Below, one piece after another: positions 1-13,869 of a DNA stretch of 24,280 nucleotides. The position numbers and the translations under genes were made by a program. Origin of the DNA: Ginkgo biloba (Eukaryota > Plantae > Ginkgophyta); the NCBI GenBank assembly GCA_024626585.2, contig JANKJI020000004.1, forward strand, positions 63,393,472 through 63,417,751, given 5' to 3'. The first letter of the stretch is position 1; each line of letters opens with the position of its first letter. The notes under the pieces are model-generated. The model was not told the DNA's origin. It was given only the letters and a program-made list of their open reading frames with translations, and did no database searches.

Positions 1-2052
1 GCTTACTTTTTTATTTTCATAGAAGTAATTCATTTTTAGTTATCCTTTTTATTTTTCTTTTTTTAATTTTTTCAATAGTTTTCTATTATTTAATAACCAT
101 ACACAACTATGTTCCCCTTACATAAAATATAAATTTATCCTAATTAAATTTACCAAAAATAACTTAGTACAATATCGCCTTTTATTTTATTATCTTATGC
201 TCATATTTGTAAGGTTGGAATTTGGCCATTTAACCATCCTAGTATAAAACCAATCATTGAAATATAGAATTATAAGCTAAGTAGTATCAGGTAGGATCCT
301 TATAGTGCCATTATCCATAGGGTAGGAAATCCAACTTATTAATTTATTGTTGAGAGAGCTCTCCCTTTCATAAGGGAGAAAGGAATAGGTTCCTCCAAGG
401 ATACTTGTCATAATACTAAATTTTTTTATGAGTATATGATTAGTAATATGAAACATATTAGATATGGTTACATTGGTATATTACTAACATATTATTAGGG
501 AATATGGGCATAATACTAATAGTCCTCCACTCAGAATCATAGGTATATTTTGGTTCCTAACAATATTTCTATTTTTTCCTCCTTGAGTGTTAGGTTATCT
601 AATCAAGACCTTTATATTTAAGGTCTCCTTACCTTAAGAAGTTGAAGTAAGTGGTGTCCCTTTATTATTATGGGTCATAATTTCCTTACTTAATAACCAA
701 TACACATGCTATTATTGTAAGGAATTCTACTTGCATTGTATTTTCATTTAAATTTAAAAGGATCATTAATTACACTTTAATAATAATAACATATAATAAT
801 ACGAGCCTCCTTCATGTATGCATTATAATTTTTGGATTTATTTTCTTATTATTTTAATATTATTTATTTTCCTTAGATTGGTCTTATATAATACCTAGAA
901 TACAATCCTTTATAATCTAATCATCAAAACAACTCACATTTTAACTTATGGGTTTATGAGTCTATCATAGGTATTTATATCATCCCATAAATGTTTTAGA
1001 CATATTATAGGGTTATAATATAGTATAATGGTTCACCTGAATCAAATTAATTTTATATTCCCCTATAAACATGTTTTAGATGTTCCTCAAATTAAGACTT
1101 TATATTAGGATAATCTTACTGACTCTTAAAATCTAATTAACATTTCCTCATCTTAAGGTTTTTATCTCCCTCCTCACATAAGAGTATAACTTAAATAATA
1201 GGTCTATCTAACCATTTATTAAGATTATATTATAGTACAACACCACCTATTTTATTAGCACCTTCCATATAAGAGGATAAAATCTCACATTGTAGATAAG
1301 ACCTTACTTTAAATATTAAAATATTTTAGTCCCTTATGTTTGTAAGTTATAATATTCCTCTTAATGGGTCTACATTATCACCCCTTAAGAATAGGAAAGT
1401 GACAAAAGGTGATTTACCTCATGATAATATGGTTTATTTATTTTAATATTTATTAAACCTTCACAAGGTGACACATCCATCCAAAACGATAATACTTTTG
1501 GTCCATCCTTAATTATTGTATCTATTAATGACCCCTATAATACATGATAATTAATTGATCATATATCATAATTAAATATTGCATAAGAATACAATCCATT
1601 TTTAAATTAATAGATGGTTGCTAACCCTATGCCTTCAGATATGGACATCCATTTCATTAATGTTCCTTTTAAATAATAAATTTAATAAAAATATTTTTAT
1701 TTTGGAGGAAGTATTCCATCTCATTTTAACCCTCCTTTGGTGGCACTCCTTTTATACACATTTATCCTTTTATGTTTAGATATCATGTTGCAATCATATG
1801 AAAATGAATGGATGGCTATTCATAAGGGAATGCAACCCTTCTTCCATATCCTAATGTAAATATTATAGGATGAACTCCTTAATTTGTTAACTAAAAATAT
1901 ATTACCCTTTTTAGAAGCACTTCATAAGTTCCTTGATCATAACCTACCCTTCNNNNNNNNNNNNNNNNNNNNNNNNNNNNNNNNNNNNNNNNNNNNNNNN
2001 NNNNNNNNNNNNNNNNNNNNNNNNNNNNNNNNNNNNNNNNNNNNNNNNNNNN

Positions 2053-2834
2053 AAGTGGGTTGAGGCTATTCCAGTTAATAAAGCCAATAGTGAAGTAGCT
2101 GTGCAATGTTCATTTTCAACCAAACTATAACTAGATTTGGCATCCCATTAGCTATTATTTCAGGTAGAGTCCATTTCTTTAATGAGTTGATGGAAGAACT
2201 ATTTTGAAAACTTGGAATAAAACACTCCAAGACTTCCTATTACCATCCTAAAGCTAATGGTTTAGTGAAATCATTCAACAAAACATTGAAGATAATTCTT
2301 TAATGAATAATTTATGAAAGCTATTAAGATTGGCATCCTAAGATTTATTCAACATTATGGTCTTAGAGAATGACCACCATGGTTACCATAGGTTTTATAC
2401 ATTTTTCACTCGTGTATGGATGAGAAGTTATTCTTCCCATTGAAGTGTAGATTCATTCTTTAAGAATAGAAGTTCACAATCAGTTATATTTGATAGACGA
2501 TTATACCATTCAACTTTCCAAATTAAAATAACTTCATGAGATATGTCTTGGGGACTTTAATATTATANNNNNNNNNNNNNNNNNNNNNNNNNNNNNNNNN
2601 NNNNNNNNNNNNNNNNNNNNNNNNNNNNNNNNNNNNNNNNNNNNNNNNNNNNNNNNNNATTCTTTTCCAAATCCAAAATGAAGATAGGCCTCGACAAGTT
2701 AAAATCTTGATGGTTAGGACAGTTTTATTATTTTGAAAGTTTTATATAAGGAAGCTTATCAACTCTCACATATGGATGATAATGTATTTCCAAATCCAAT
2801 AAATGGGTCCTCTCTAAATCACTTTTATTCTTAA
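2053..2834 (+). mobile_element. Decayed Ty3/gypsy (Tat/Athila-group) integrase: rve core and GPY/F C-terminus
   Basis: Manual translation across stops, frameshifts and a gap gives KWVEAIP..TRFGIPLAIISGR..LGIKHSKTSYYHPKANGLVKSFNKTL..DWHPKIYSTLWS*R..LVYG*EVILPIE and KLKS*WLGQF..EAYQL..FPNPINGSSLNHFYS*. The catalytic D and E are mutated. Confidence 0.93.
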
Positions 2835-2891
2835 TATTAAAAGTAAGAAACCTCCCTCTTTGAATCCTCTTATTAATGGACATTAATATTT

Positions 2892-2907
2892 AAAAGAGGG
2901 GGAACTA
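2892..2907 (+). mobile_element. Polypurine tract (AAAAGAGGGGGAA) and probable 3' LTR start (TA at 2906, presumably from TG)
   Basis: Purine tract about 60 nt after the integrase stop. The LTR end could not be located because of gaps. Confidence 0.6.
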
Positions 2908-5900
2908 TCCTTAGATTAACTAAGTTTATCTATTCATTAAAAAGAACGTTTGTGTATTTTACATGATACATCTATCTAAAATGTACAATTCCAACATCAA
3001 ATATCAATAATATATTTATGTACACAACCATGGAATATGAAGTGATTAACAATATGTTTTTGCGTGTGTGTATATGAGTGTAACATTTTATAATATCATA
3101 TCTTTGATATAAGTACACATTAAGTAGTATTGATAGTTTAAAACACACACACACACTATCACACACACATATAAATAAAATATATGAGGCATCATCCAAC
3201 TCTAAAAACTCTTCCTACACTAAGAAGGAGCCTCATAACTCTCTAGAATGTAATAGGAGTTCCTTTTTATAAATATTCATATGGTAGTAGNNNNNNNNNN
3301 NNNNNNNNNNNNNNNNNNNNNNNNNNNNNNNNNNNNNNNNNNNNNNNNNNNNNNNNNNNNNNNNNNNNNNNNNNNNNNNNNNNNNNNNNNNNNNNNNNNN
3401 NNNNNNNNNNNNNNNNNNNNNNNNNNNNNNNNNNNNNNNNNNNNNNNNNNNNNNNNNNNNNNNNNNNNNNNNNNNNNNNNNNNNNNNNNNNNNNNNNNNN
3501 NNNNNNNNNNNNNNNNNNNNNNNNNNNNNNNNNNNNNNNNNNNNNNNNNNNNNNNNNNNNNNNNNNNNNNNNNNNNNNNNNNNNNNNNNNNNNNNNNNNN
3601 NNNNNNNNNNNNNNNNNNNNNNNNNNNNNNNNNNNNNNNNNNNNNNNNNNNNNNNNNNNNNNNNNNNNNNNNNNNNNNNNNNNNNNNNNNNNNNNNNNNN
3701 NNNNNNNNNNNNNNNNNNNNNNNNNNNNNNNNNNNNNNNNNNNNNNNNNNNNNNNNNNNNNNNNNNNNNNNNNNNNNNNNNNNNNNNNNNNNNNNNNNNN
3801 NNNNNNNNNNNNNNNNNNNNNNNNNNNNNNNNNNNNNNNNNNNNNNNNNNNNNNNNNNNNNNNNNNNNNNNNNNNNNNNNNNNNNNNNNNNNNNNNNNNN
3901 NNNNNNNNNNNNNNNNNNNNNNNNNNNNNNNNNNNNNNNNNNNNNNNNNNNNNNNNNNNNNNNNNTTCATATATAATGGACACATATGAGAATGTGTATC
4001 TCCTCCTATGAGTATTATACAAATTTATTGATCCTATAAAGGACAATAATAACATGATGTTAGAGTGATACAATGTGCCATCCATTCATCCATCATAGAT
4101 CCTGGGGTACCCTATAATTTATGGAGAATATATTAATCCTTTGAGTAACCATCTAAGCCACTATATTGTATGTCTCATCTTGGATCTCTAAAATATCAAT
4201 GGTATCGTTATCCCTCATAATATANNNNNNNNNNTTACACAATCTTTGAGATACAATAACTCAATCCTGATCTCTGAATGGATCTCCCTAAAATGGCATA
4301 TATGTCTTACTCTATGATAACCCCATTATGTAGTGTATATTCTCTCAATTTATTTTTAATACATGAAATAAACAATTGAACACTCACATATGAAAATCCT
4401 ATCAAATCATAGCGAGACTAATAATCTAGTTATAAGAATATGATTGGGGTTCTTTATAGAATATAAGAATCCTACATCTCCTAAGAATATTAATCATCTT
4501 AACATTATGGCCNNNNNNNNNNNNNNNNNNNNNNNNNNNNNNNNNNNNNNNNNNNNNNNTTACTCTAGGATCAGTTTTTAACATATTGACTATTTTATTA
4601 ATATCATGCTTTTTCCTCCTCTATGTTGTATTTTTCCCTTGAATTTCCTATGATTCTATTCTATAAGGAAAATATATGGTTCCTTTAGAAGAGATAGAAC
4701 TTCCTGAGGAAATATATAGTATTAAGAGAAAGGCTATAGTGTAGTTTATTTTCCTAAAATTTGAAATTTTAAAAATTGACAAAAATTTATAAATAACAAG
4801 TATAATTAATAATTGATATAGTTTTTGGGACCTACCTAATTACTATAAATGGACTCATTCTAACTTCACTAAGTAATATACACCTAAAATCTCTATATTA
4901 TCTCTATATCACCATGTTGACTTGTACAAATGATTACAAAAAAATTTATATATATATATATATATAATATGCCAATTTGGTACTATAATGTGACTTTTGA
5001 ACTTCATAAATTTCACACTGTGTTAATTTTTAGCAAAATTATAGCTTTTTGAACCATTATTTTATATTTATTGATTCCATCCATATTTGATGATGTTATT
5101 AGTATTAATTTAGATTTCTCTCAACTAAAACATCATTTTGGTCATCATTTACCTTAGAATATATAAGAACCTAAGGTATACTTAAATTGAACATCTTTAT
5201 AGTCCATAATAACCTAAAGNNNNNNNNNNNNNNNNNNNNNNNNNNNNNNNNNNNNNNNNNNNNNNNNNNNNNNNNNNNNNNNNNNNNNNNNNNNNNNNNN
5301 NNNNNNNNNNNNNNNNNNNCTTACACACACATAGTGTTAGTCCATCATCTCCATAATAGTAGTTTTATATCAAGGATGATATATATATGAATACTTAATA
5401 GGGATGGTAGAACCACATTGATATTATTTCATATGAAAAATTTCCTCCTCTCACTCTATACTTGAAAAAAAATATTAAGAATAAGAAAACATTTGTGATA
5501 CTTAGGAAATAATATTCATTAAAGAAAATAATTCAAATTCTTTATCTATTAATTTTGAGTGTATTTGAACTAAATAAATCCTCTTAGAAAAATGTCAAAA
5601 ATGAATGAGAATCATGTCGGTGAGTTGAGAAGATATAAAATCATAAGGTAAGAAATACATTAACAATTATTAGAATATAATTACATCAATCACTCACTGG
5701 TAGAAATTAAATACATGAAATTGGAAATAGAATGGATTTCCATTAATAGATTAGGATTTAATTATACAAACAATAATAAAGGAAAAAATAAAGGGAATAT
5801 AGGAGAATAAAAGATGAAATTAGCTTCCAAAATATTCCTTATTATTTTATACTATATCTCTTTAACCAATCACATTCTTCCACTTTGTGTAGAAAATTCA

Positions 5901-6277
5901 ATACATTTTTTCCACACTAGTAATTTTTGTCCTCTTCCCTCTTATTAAAAGTAAGTTTTTATATCGAATGATAGAGAAGTTTATTTCCCATGATTTTCTC
6001 ACATAGAGATTGATATTTTCCAATATACTTGGGATCAAATGTCATCTCTAAATTCTTCCTCCTTAGGAGGAAGAATAATCTACTTTTATTAAGAATAATA
6101 GACTAATTCTTTTTGTAGTTTTCTCAATTATTTTCTTACTTTTTAAGAATCTCCCATTCTTTCCCCTTGTAGTGAAATTTTATTACACCATGGGAAATTT
6201 CTTTACTATGTATGGTAAAATGATAATTAGTGGTATTCGATATATTATATTTATATTTTAACCTGAATTTTATGGGG

Positions 6278-6308
6278 AAATTTGGATGTTAACAAATCAC
6301 CCCCTAAA
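6278..6308 (-). mobile_element. PPT-like tract followed by an LTR start (TGTTAACATCCAAATTT); the LTR runs leftward toward ~5.4 kb
   Basis: The minus strand reads TTTAGGGGGTGATT|TGTTAACATCC, a typical PPT/LTR junction. The far boundary is not defined. Confidence 0.5.
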
Positions 6309-9300
6309 CTATAGGTTACTATATGGATGATATACTCTTATACTTAAATATATAAAATGATTCTAAGACTCTTTTAAACTATGTGGAAGTAGTATGTAGA
6401 GATAGATGACTTCCTAAAATAATCTACTTCTATTTCTATTATCCTAGTNNNNNNNNNNNNNNNNNNNNNNNNNNNNNNNNNNNNNNNNNNNNNNNNNNNN
6501 NNNNNNNNNNNNNNNNNNNNNNNNNNNNNNNNNNNNNNNNNNNNNNNNCAAGTGTTACTTATGTTTAATGGTGAATGATTTATTGTATGAATAATAGGGT
6601 TTATTTTTAATAGTAGTGTCAAGTGTTGTTGGCACTTATCTTGGGAATGATTTTGTATCTGCAAGCTTAAATTATACTAGTGTGTTTTTCCTATTTTTTA
6701 TTCTATATCCTAAGAATTGATATGAAAGTGTGTTAAACCATTTACTACTTTAGATGATTTTTAAGGAATATGCTTTGAGAATTATTGGAGTGAAACCTTA
6801 GAGGTCAGTTATTGTAGTGCGATAATTTTTTCTCCAATATTTTTTCAATCACTATTAGAGGAAGATAAAGACTGGAAAATTTAGAAGCTTGTCATCTAGA
6901 GGGATTGAGCGTTGTTGGCTCTCTATATTTCAAGTTATCTAGGATTGTANNNNNNNNNNNNNNNNNNNNNNNNNNNNNNNNNNNNNNNNNNNNNNNNNNN
7001 TCTATGTCAAAGCTCCTTTTACTCACCAACCTTAAACCTTGTTCTGTTATCTGAGATAAGTAGCATATTATTTTTAGTTTCTTTCTGCAATTTTTATTGT
7101 TAATGCAAACAACATCGTTTCATGTACATTGTGAATATACTTGTAAGTAAATTATACTCCTTTTTATTTATTGTATATTTGTAAATAACTGAGTAAGCCA
7201 CACTTAATAATAGCGAAGGGAGTTCAACTCTCGTGTCTATCCTAATNNNNNNNNNNACCTTGGTCATTTTGATCAAATCTTCATAGTTCTTAGGGTACAT
7301 AAAATACAATCATCAATAACTTATAATTATATAGTGAAGTTACATCGATAGATGACAGACTTAGTAGATACTATACATGGTTTGTTGGGATAGACCAACA
7401 AGGAAAAGATATATGAAACTTATAAACTTCAAGATAAATTAAACATGACTTTGAATGATGTAAAACCCTAAATTTAATGATGAGGATTTCAAGTATATTA
7501 GAAATATATATCTATTAACTAATGCATACATAAGATAAAAGTGAGAATTTGACCATACATATATGAACTATAAGAGTAGTTGATAGTTAATTGATAAAAA
7601 ATTAATACTTGAGGTTTGTGTGATAAATAATTAGATTATAATATTGAATGGTATGTAAAATATAATACCTAAATGAAAATAAAATTCATCCTAATTAATA
7701 GAGTANNNNNNNNNNNNNNNNNNNNNNNNNNNNNNNNNNNNNNNNNNNNNNNNNNNNNNNNNNNNNNNNNNNNNNNNNNNNNNNNNNNNNNNNNNNNNNN
7801 NNNNNNNNNNNNNNNNNNNNNNNNNNNNNNNNNNNNNNNNNNNNNNNNNNNNNNNNNNNNNNNNNNNNNNNNNNNNNNNNNNNNNNNNNNNNNNNNNNNN
7901 NNNNNNNNNNNNNNNNNNNNNNNNNNNNNNNNNNNNNNNNNNNNNNNNNNNNNNNNNNNNNNNNNNNNNNNNNNNNNNNNNNNNNNNNNNNNNNNNNNNN
8001 NNNNNNNNNNNNNNNNNNNNNNNNNNNNNNNNNNNNNNNNNNNNNNNNNNNNNNNNNNNNNNNNNNNNNNNNNNNNNNNNNNNNNNNNNNNNNNNNNNNN
8101 NNNNNNNNNNNNNNNNNNNNNNNNNNNNNNNNNNNNNNNNNNNNNNNNNNNNNNNNNNNNNNNNNNNNNNNNNNNNNNNNNNNNNNNNNNNNNNNNNNNN
8201 NNNNNNNNNNNNNNNNNNNNNNNNNNNNNNNNNNNNNNNNNNNNNNNNNNNNNNNNNNNNNNNNNNNNNNNNNNNNNNNNNNNNNNNNNNNNNNNNNNNN
8301 NNNNNNNNNNNNNNNNNNNNNNNNNNNNNNNNNNAAAATTGAGATTTAAAATTATTCATTTTATGTAGTGTAGGCCCAATATTTTGATTTGTCTCATGTC
8401 GAGGAGGTTGTGAGTACTTTATAAGTATGGAATTATAGTAGATTAGATTTTCTTATGTATATGTGTTCCTTGAATGCATCAAGTCTCGATAAACTTGTTA
8501 TTACCATCAATGATATTTTTATTTTATCTATTTGCATTGGAAGTTCTTGTACAATTCCATTATTTGGATCCTAATTGTTGTTCTCCTTGTTTTACTTCCC
8601 CATATAATCTTATTCTTCACTTTCCTTCAATTATTCTTCCTCTAATACTTCTACCATATGAAACATTTTATGATACTTCTTGCATACATGGTTATTTGTA
8701 ACATCCCACTTTCCTACTCGTGCAAAGAATCCTCATAGGTCAAAAGTTAATATAAATAGATATTCATTAAAATTATATGATTTAGGCTAATTGCTTTTCA
8801 TATGTTATTGGGCAAATAAAAATGGCTTTGATTAACTTGTTTACTCATAAAGTGTAGTCCACACATAGGCACATTGTATGAATGGATGGAGCATGAAGGA
8901 AATTGAAATAAATTATATTTCAACCACTTGATATAGGGATATTCATTTTGTGCATTAGTAGAAAGACTGGAAGGCCTACAAAAGGAAGAAGGTAATAATG
9001 TGCAACCACCACATAAACCAAGAATAATATAATTAATATTAGAATTTATCTTTTAAATTAATAAGGATAATGCTTATTTTTATACAATATAATCTCAGAG
9101 TGGGACTAAGATTGATATTTTATCAGTTTCTTTACCTTTCCTTTGTACTAGAGTTAATTAGGTGGTTTTCCAATGGATGGGAAATGAGATCCATGTTATA
9201 TCTAGAGGAATGATTATGGATGATAAAATATAGTGGATTGTATACATCATTTATAATAGGTTGACTCACCAAGTGATTATTTATCGAGTACCTTTGAGGT

Positions 9301-10280
9301 TTAAGAACCTCATCCATTGATGTCTTATTCTTATAGATCTCTTTGCATGGATTAAGTTTCATGATTAATGAGATAATCCTTAGCCATGATGCATACAAAA
9401 ATGGCCAACACTAATTTAAACTCCCCTTTGTATGCATGACCATATACTTTGAGAGGTTTATTGATTTGAGGCCTAAGCCTAATCCTTTGACTATTGATCC
9501 ATCACTACTAAGAATGACCAAGTGTGCCATACTAATTCCTTGATTTGGCACTAGTGTATAGGTTGTTGGATAGAGAATATATAATTTGTGTGTTATTTAG
9601 ATAGAAACTTTTATACCAGTAATAAATATTTTGGTATTATACCATCCTTATTTTAGGTTCTAATGGAGAGAGGATATTGATCTATAGATCTATCAAGTGA
9701 TGAGTAGGTTTAATTAAGAGGTAATATTTATATTTGATTTTACTTTCNNNNNNNNNNNNNNNNNNNNNNNNNNNNNNNNNNNNNNNNNNNNNNNNNNNNN
9801 NNNNNNNNNNNNNTATTATATAACAAATATGTGTTCATGCACTCCTCCACTCTAAAATCTAGGTGTGGATCTAGAGGTTCTTTCTATCATAGAGTATTTT
9901 GATGAGATCCTATCTAGGAGGTTCAAACCTAGTGCCTATTATCACTTATCTATTGAGACACTATAAAGGATAGAATCCTTTCCCATTTATATGAGATGAT
10001 TAAGATTATTATTATAATATGTTATATCCCATGCTAACTATAATAGATAACATATATATTGGGTTGACCTAGTACATAAGGGGGAAATTTTATCATGTCA
10101 TCCAACTAAGGAGAGGGGGACATCGGATGATTATAGGGTTATTCCCTAATATTTTTATAATTAAAGTAGTATTATTATGTTAATATCATCATTATTTTAT
10201 CTAGATTATATTTATTATGTACATATTTCTTAAATATATAAATAATATTTTTAAAGCTACACTTTTACATATATATGATT

Positions 10281-10330
10281 TTGTGATTTTATATATTTTT
10301 TTGTGATTTTATATATTTTTTTGTGATTTT
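10281..10330. repeat. 20-bp tandem repeat x2.5 (TTGTGATTTTATATATTTTT)
   Basis: Exact copies at 10281 and 10301, and a half copy at 10321. Confidence 0.9.
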
Positions 10331-10355
10331 GTCTACAAATGTGTATTTACATTAT

Positions 10356-10546
10356 CTATGAAAAATAAAGTGTTCTAATTTCGAAGGATGTGATCAATTT
10401 CCCATAATATTTTACATCCCTATAAATTAGTTGATAAGCTCCATTTTCTAAGATCTCCTTCATAATATAAATACTATTCCATTGGTGGTTAAACATTCCT
10501 AGTCCTATATTTTCAGTTGATTGGTCATAAGAAAATATGAGTCCTC
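10356..10546 (-). pseudogene. Integrase C-terminal GPY/F region
   Basis: YDQSTENIGLGMFNHQWNSIYIMKEILENGAYQL.. resembles GKFxPxWxGPYxVxxVLxxGAYxL. Confidence 0.8.
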
Positions 10547-11233
10547 NNNNNNNNNNNNNNNNNNNNNNNNNNNNNNNNNNNNNNNNNNNNNNNNNNNNNN
10601 NNNNNNNNNNNNNNNNNNNNNNNNNNNNNNNNNNNNNNNNNNNNNNNNNNNNNNNNNNNNNNNNNNNNNNNNNNNNNNNNNNNNNNNNNNNNNNNNNNNN
10701 NNNNNNNNNNNNNNNNNNNNNNNNNNNNNNNNNNNNNNNNNNNNNNNNNNNNNNNNNNNNNNNNNNNNNNNNNNNNNNNNNNNNNNNNNNNNNNNNNNNN
10801 NNNNNNNNNNNNNNNNNNNNNNNNNNNNNNNNNNNNNNNNNNNNNNNNNNNNNNNNNNNNNNNNNNNNNNNNNNNNNNNNNNNNNNNNNNNNNNNNNNNN
10901 NNNNNNNNNNNNNNNNNNNNNNNNNNNNNNNNNNNNNNNNNNNNNNNNNNNNNNNNNNNNNNNNNNNNNNNNNNNNNNNNNNNNNNNNNNNNNNNNNNNN
11001 NNNNNNNNNNNNNNNNNNNNNNNNNNNNNNNNNNNNNNNNNNNNNNNNNNNNNNNNNNNNNNNNNNNNNNNNNNNNNNNNNNNNNNNNNNNNNNNNNNNN
11101 NNNNNNNNNNNNNNNNNNNNNNNNNNNNNNNNNNNNNNNNNNNNNNNNNNNNNNNNNNNNNNNNNNNNNNNNNNNNNNNNNNNNNNNNNNNNNNNNNNNN
11201 NNNNNNNNNNNNNNNNNNNNNNNNNNNNNNNNN

Positions 11234-11530
11234 TATTAGTTGAAGAGGGATTAGATGATATATTTTTCTAAAATTTAATAATTAAGAATTAGAATATCAT
11301 TTAATTACATAATGATAGTATTTAAATATTATTGGCTAATAGTATATTGTGCAAAGGATTTTTTCAATTGTGCTTATGCCATCTTAGTGACCATCATATG
11401 TCCCAATATGGAAATCATTTAAAAATTTGATAGATTTAGATTAATTAAGGAAACATTATAAAACATAATCAACATAATGTATGTATAATGTATTTTCTAT
11501 TATGATGTAATGGGGGAATATTTTCTCAAT
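11234..11530 (-). pseudogene. Integrase zinc-binding (H2C2) region
   Basis: LNDFHIGTYDGH*DGISTIEKILCTIYY*PIIFK resembles HxGxCGGHxxGxxTAxKILRxGYYWPTxFKD. Confidence 0.85.
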
Positions 11531-12100
11531 TCACTTCTTCTCCTCCTTTGATACATTAGATAGATACTTTTGGGTTTGTAGATAAAGTATAATATCTGTA
11601 TACCATGGATATTTTAAGTCTAGTAAGATGATATGTTCATCAAAGAATTTCGTGTCAACCATTTCTTCCTTTATATCTAAGTCTGAAGGAGTCTTTTCCA
11701 ATTGATCATCTATGGATTTCCCTTTAACTAATTTCATGGTTACAAATTTAATATTGACTTGTTGTATACATATGATCCATATTCCTATTTATTTAGAGAA
11801 ATAAATATTTTGAATAAAATACTTGAGGCAATTTTGTGGAACCATGACCCTCGTACGATTATTCAAGAGATAATATCATAATTTATTGAATGCATAAATA
11901 AGTTCAAAAAAATATTTTTTCATGATGGAATATTTGAGATGGTATCTTGAAAGATTATTATTAACACAATAAATTTCACATTCATTCTTTTATTTACCTT
12001 CTTATACTAAGAAAATTAAAATTATGAAGAGAGATATAACATTAAATACTTATAAAATTTAGGTGGTTATAGAATACATGTTGTAGTGAGAGTTATCTTA
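11531..12100 (-). pseudogene. RNase H-like domain and tether (includes ORF 11531-11737)
   Basis: IL*PPKF..KYSIMKK..AFNKL*YYLL..LKY..IGIWI..KLVKGKSIDDQL..FFDEHI..PWYTDIILYL. Confidence 0.85.
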
Positions 12101-12155
12101 AGATATTTAAAGGACTTTGGGGCCTTATAATCCCATTCATTAGGGNNNNNNNNNN

Positions 12156-13130
12156 CCCATTAAAAACTTATATTATTCATGAGAAGATGAAGAAACCCTT
12201 TAAATTTGAGTATATAACCTTGAATAAATATTCTCCTATGTTAACTCTTCCTTGAAATCTTTGAATTTCCTTAACTGCATGAGGTGGTAATAATTTCATG
12301 ATTTATTTTATTTTGTTAATATATATAGAAATATCATTCTTGGATATAATGTATTGCAAGAAACAACTAGAAACAACATAAAATATGTTATTCGAAGGAT
12401 TAAGCCTAATCTTGAACTTTCAACATCTATAAAAAATCTACATTAAATTCATTATGTGGCCCTCACATTTTCTATATTTTGTCAATATGTAATCTAGGAA
12501 AGTAATTATAACCTTTGACATTAGCTCATGAAAGGCATAGTTCATTTCTCTTTGAAAGGTAGCACTGACATTCCTAAGGCTAAAACATATAACTTTATAG
12601 AAAAATATTACCTAAGGTATAGTAAAATCCATCTTAGGTCTATCAACTTTAAAAATAAGGATTTTTTTTATATCCTAAAAATTCATCTATGAGTGAAAGA
12701 ACTTCATAAATAGTTGTTCTATCAATGAGATCATCCATAAATGGAGTATGATAGTTATCCTTATGGCATTCCCTCTTTGATTTTTATATTCCATACATAT
12801 GTGTATTGAACCATTCTGATTTTATACTGGGATAATATTGGATACCCATTATATATATTTGATGGGATAAATGAAATAAATATCTAATAATTTCCAAAGT
12901 TTTTATTTAATAACTAATTAGAAGTTATCATTTACTAGTCTCTAATGCTATCATACTAGATTAATATTAGGACATATTAATATATTATCAGTGACTACAT
13001 TAGTATCCATTCCAATCATCTCAAAATATGACCTAATAAATACATCTCTATAATCTTAAAATATTTTTCTAAGTTAATCTTACTCCTTCAATGTGTATTT
13101 AGTACCTTAGGTAATGTACTCTAGTTTTCT
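12156..13130 (-). pseudogene. Reverse transcriptase
   Basis: KDNYHTPFMDDLIDRT..LSLIDEFLGY..SLRNVSATFQREMNYAFH..FLDYIL (decayed YxDD)..KIRLNP..KEIQRFQGRVN. Confidence 0.93.
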
Positions 13131-13134
13131 GGAG

Positions 13135-13169
<35 letters not shown>

Positions 13170-13863
13170 AGGGATTATATTCATCAAATTTTACTCTTAA
13201 AATACATTAATAACATTTGGTGTGAGAGATAAGAAATCTNNNNNNNNNNNNNNNNNNNNNNNNNNNNNNNNNNNNNNNNNNNNNNNNNNNNNNNNNNNNN
13301 NNNNNNNNNNNNNNNNNNNNNNNNNNNNNNNNNNNNNNNTTCATAAACAGTTGTTCTATCAATGATATCATCCATAAATGGAGTAGGATAGTTATCCTTA
13401 TGGCATTCCCTCTTTAATTTTGATAGTCCATATATATGTTTATTGAACCATTCTTATTTTAGACTGGGATAAGATAGCCATTATATATATTTGATGGGAT
13501 AAATGAAATAAATATATAATAATTTCTAAAGTAAAAATAATAACTACTTAGAAGTTATCTTTTACTAGTCTTTAATGGCATCATACTAGATTAATATTAG
13601 GACATATAAATATATTATTAGTGACCACATTAGTATTCATTCCAAGCATCTCAAAATATGACCCAATAAAGACATCTCTATAATCTTTGAAGATTTTTCT
13701 AAGTTAATCTTCCTCCTTCAATGTGTATTTAGTAACTCAGGTAATATACTCTAGTTTTCTAGAGTAAGAGATATATATTTNNNNNNNNNNNNNNNNNNNN
13801 NNNNNNNNNNNNNNNNNNNNNNNNNNNNNNNNNNNNNCATTTGGTGTGAGAGAAAATAAATCT
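12703..13863. repeat. Direct duplication of ~540 bp (12703-13239 vs 13340-13863) of the RT N-terminal part, separated by a 100-N gap
   Basis: The copies align end to end, about 90% identical by eye; both start TTCATAAA.AGTTGTTCTATCAATG and end CATTTGGTGTGAGAGA..AAATCT. Confidence 0.95.
13137..13166. repeat. (AT)15 microsatellite
   Basis: Read directly. Confidence 0.95.
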
Positions 13864-13869
13864 ATAATT

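Noticed and set aside
1-1952. Decayed ORF-like minus-strand stretch (many CAA->TAA-type stops; SLIDTIIKDG faintly protease-like)
   Set aside because: It is probably a retroelement gag/PR relic, but no motif is strong enough to call.
8697-8711. TGTAACATCCC, a typical gypsy LTR terminus
   Set aside because: No partner terminus, PBS, PPT or TSD was found.
3233-11271. Long ORFs of 220-270 aa in the ORF track
   Set aside because: They consist almost entirely of N-gap translations.
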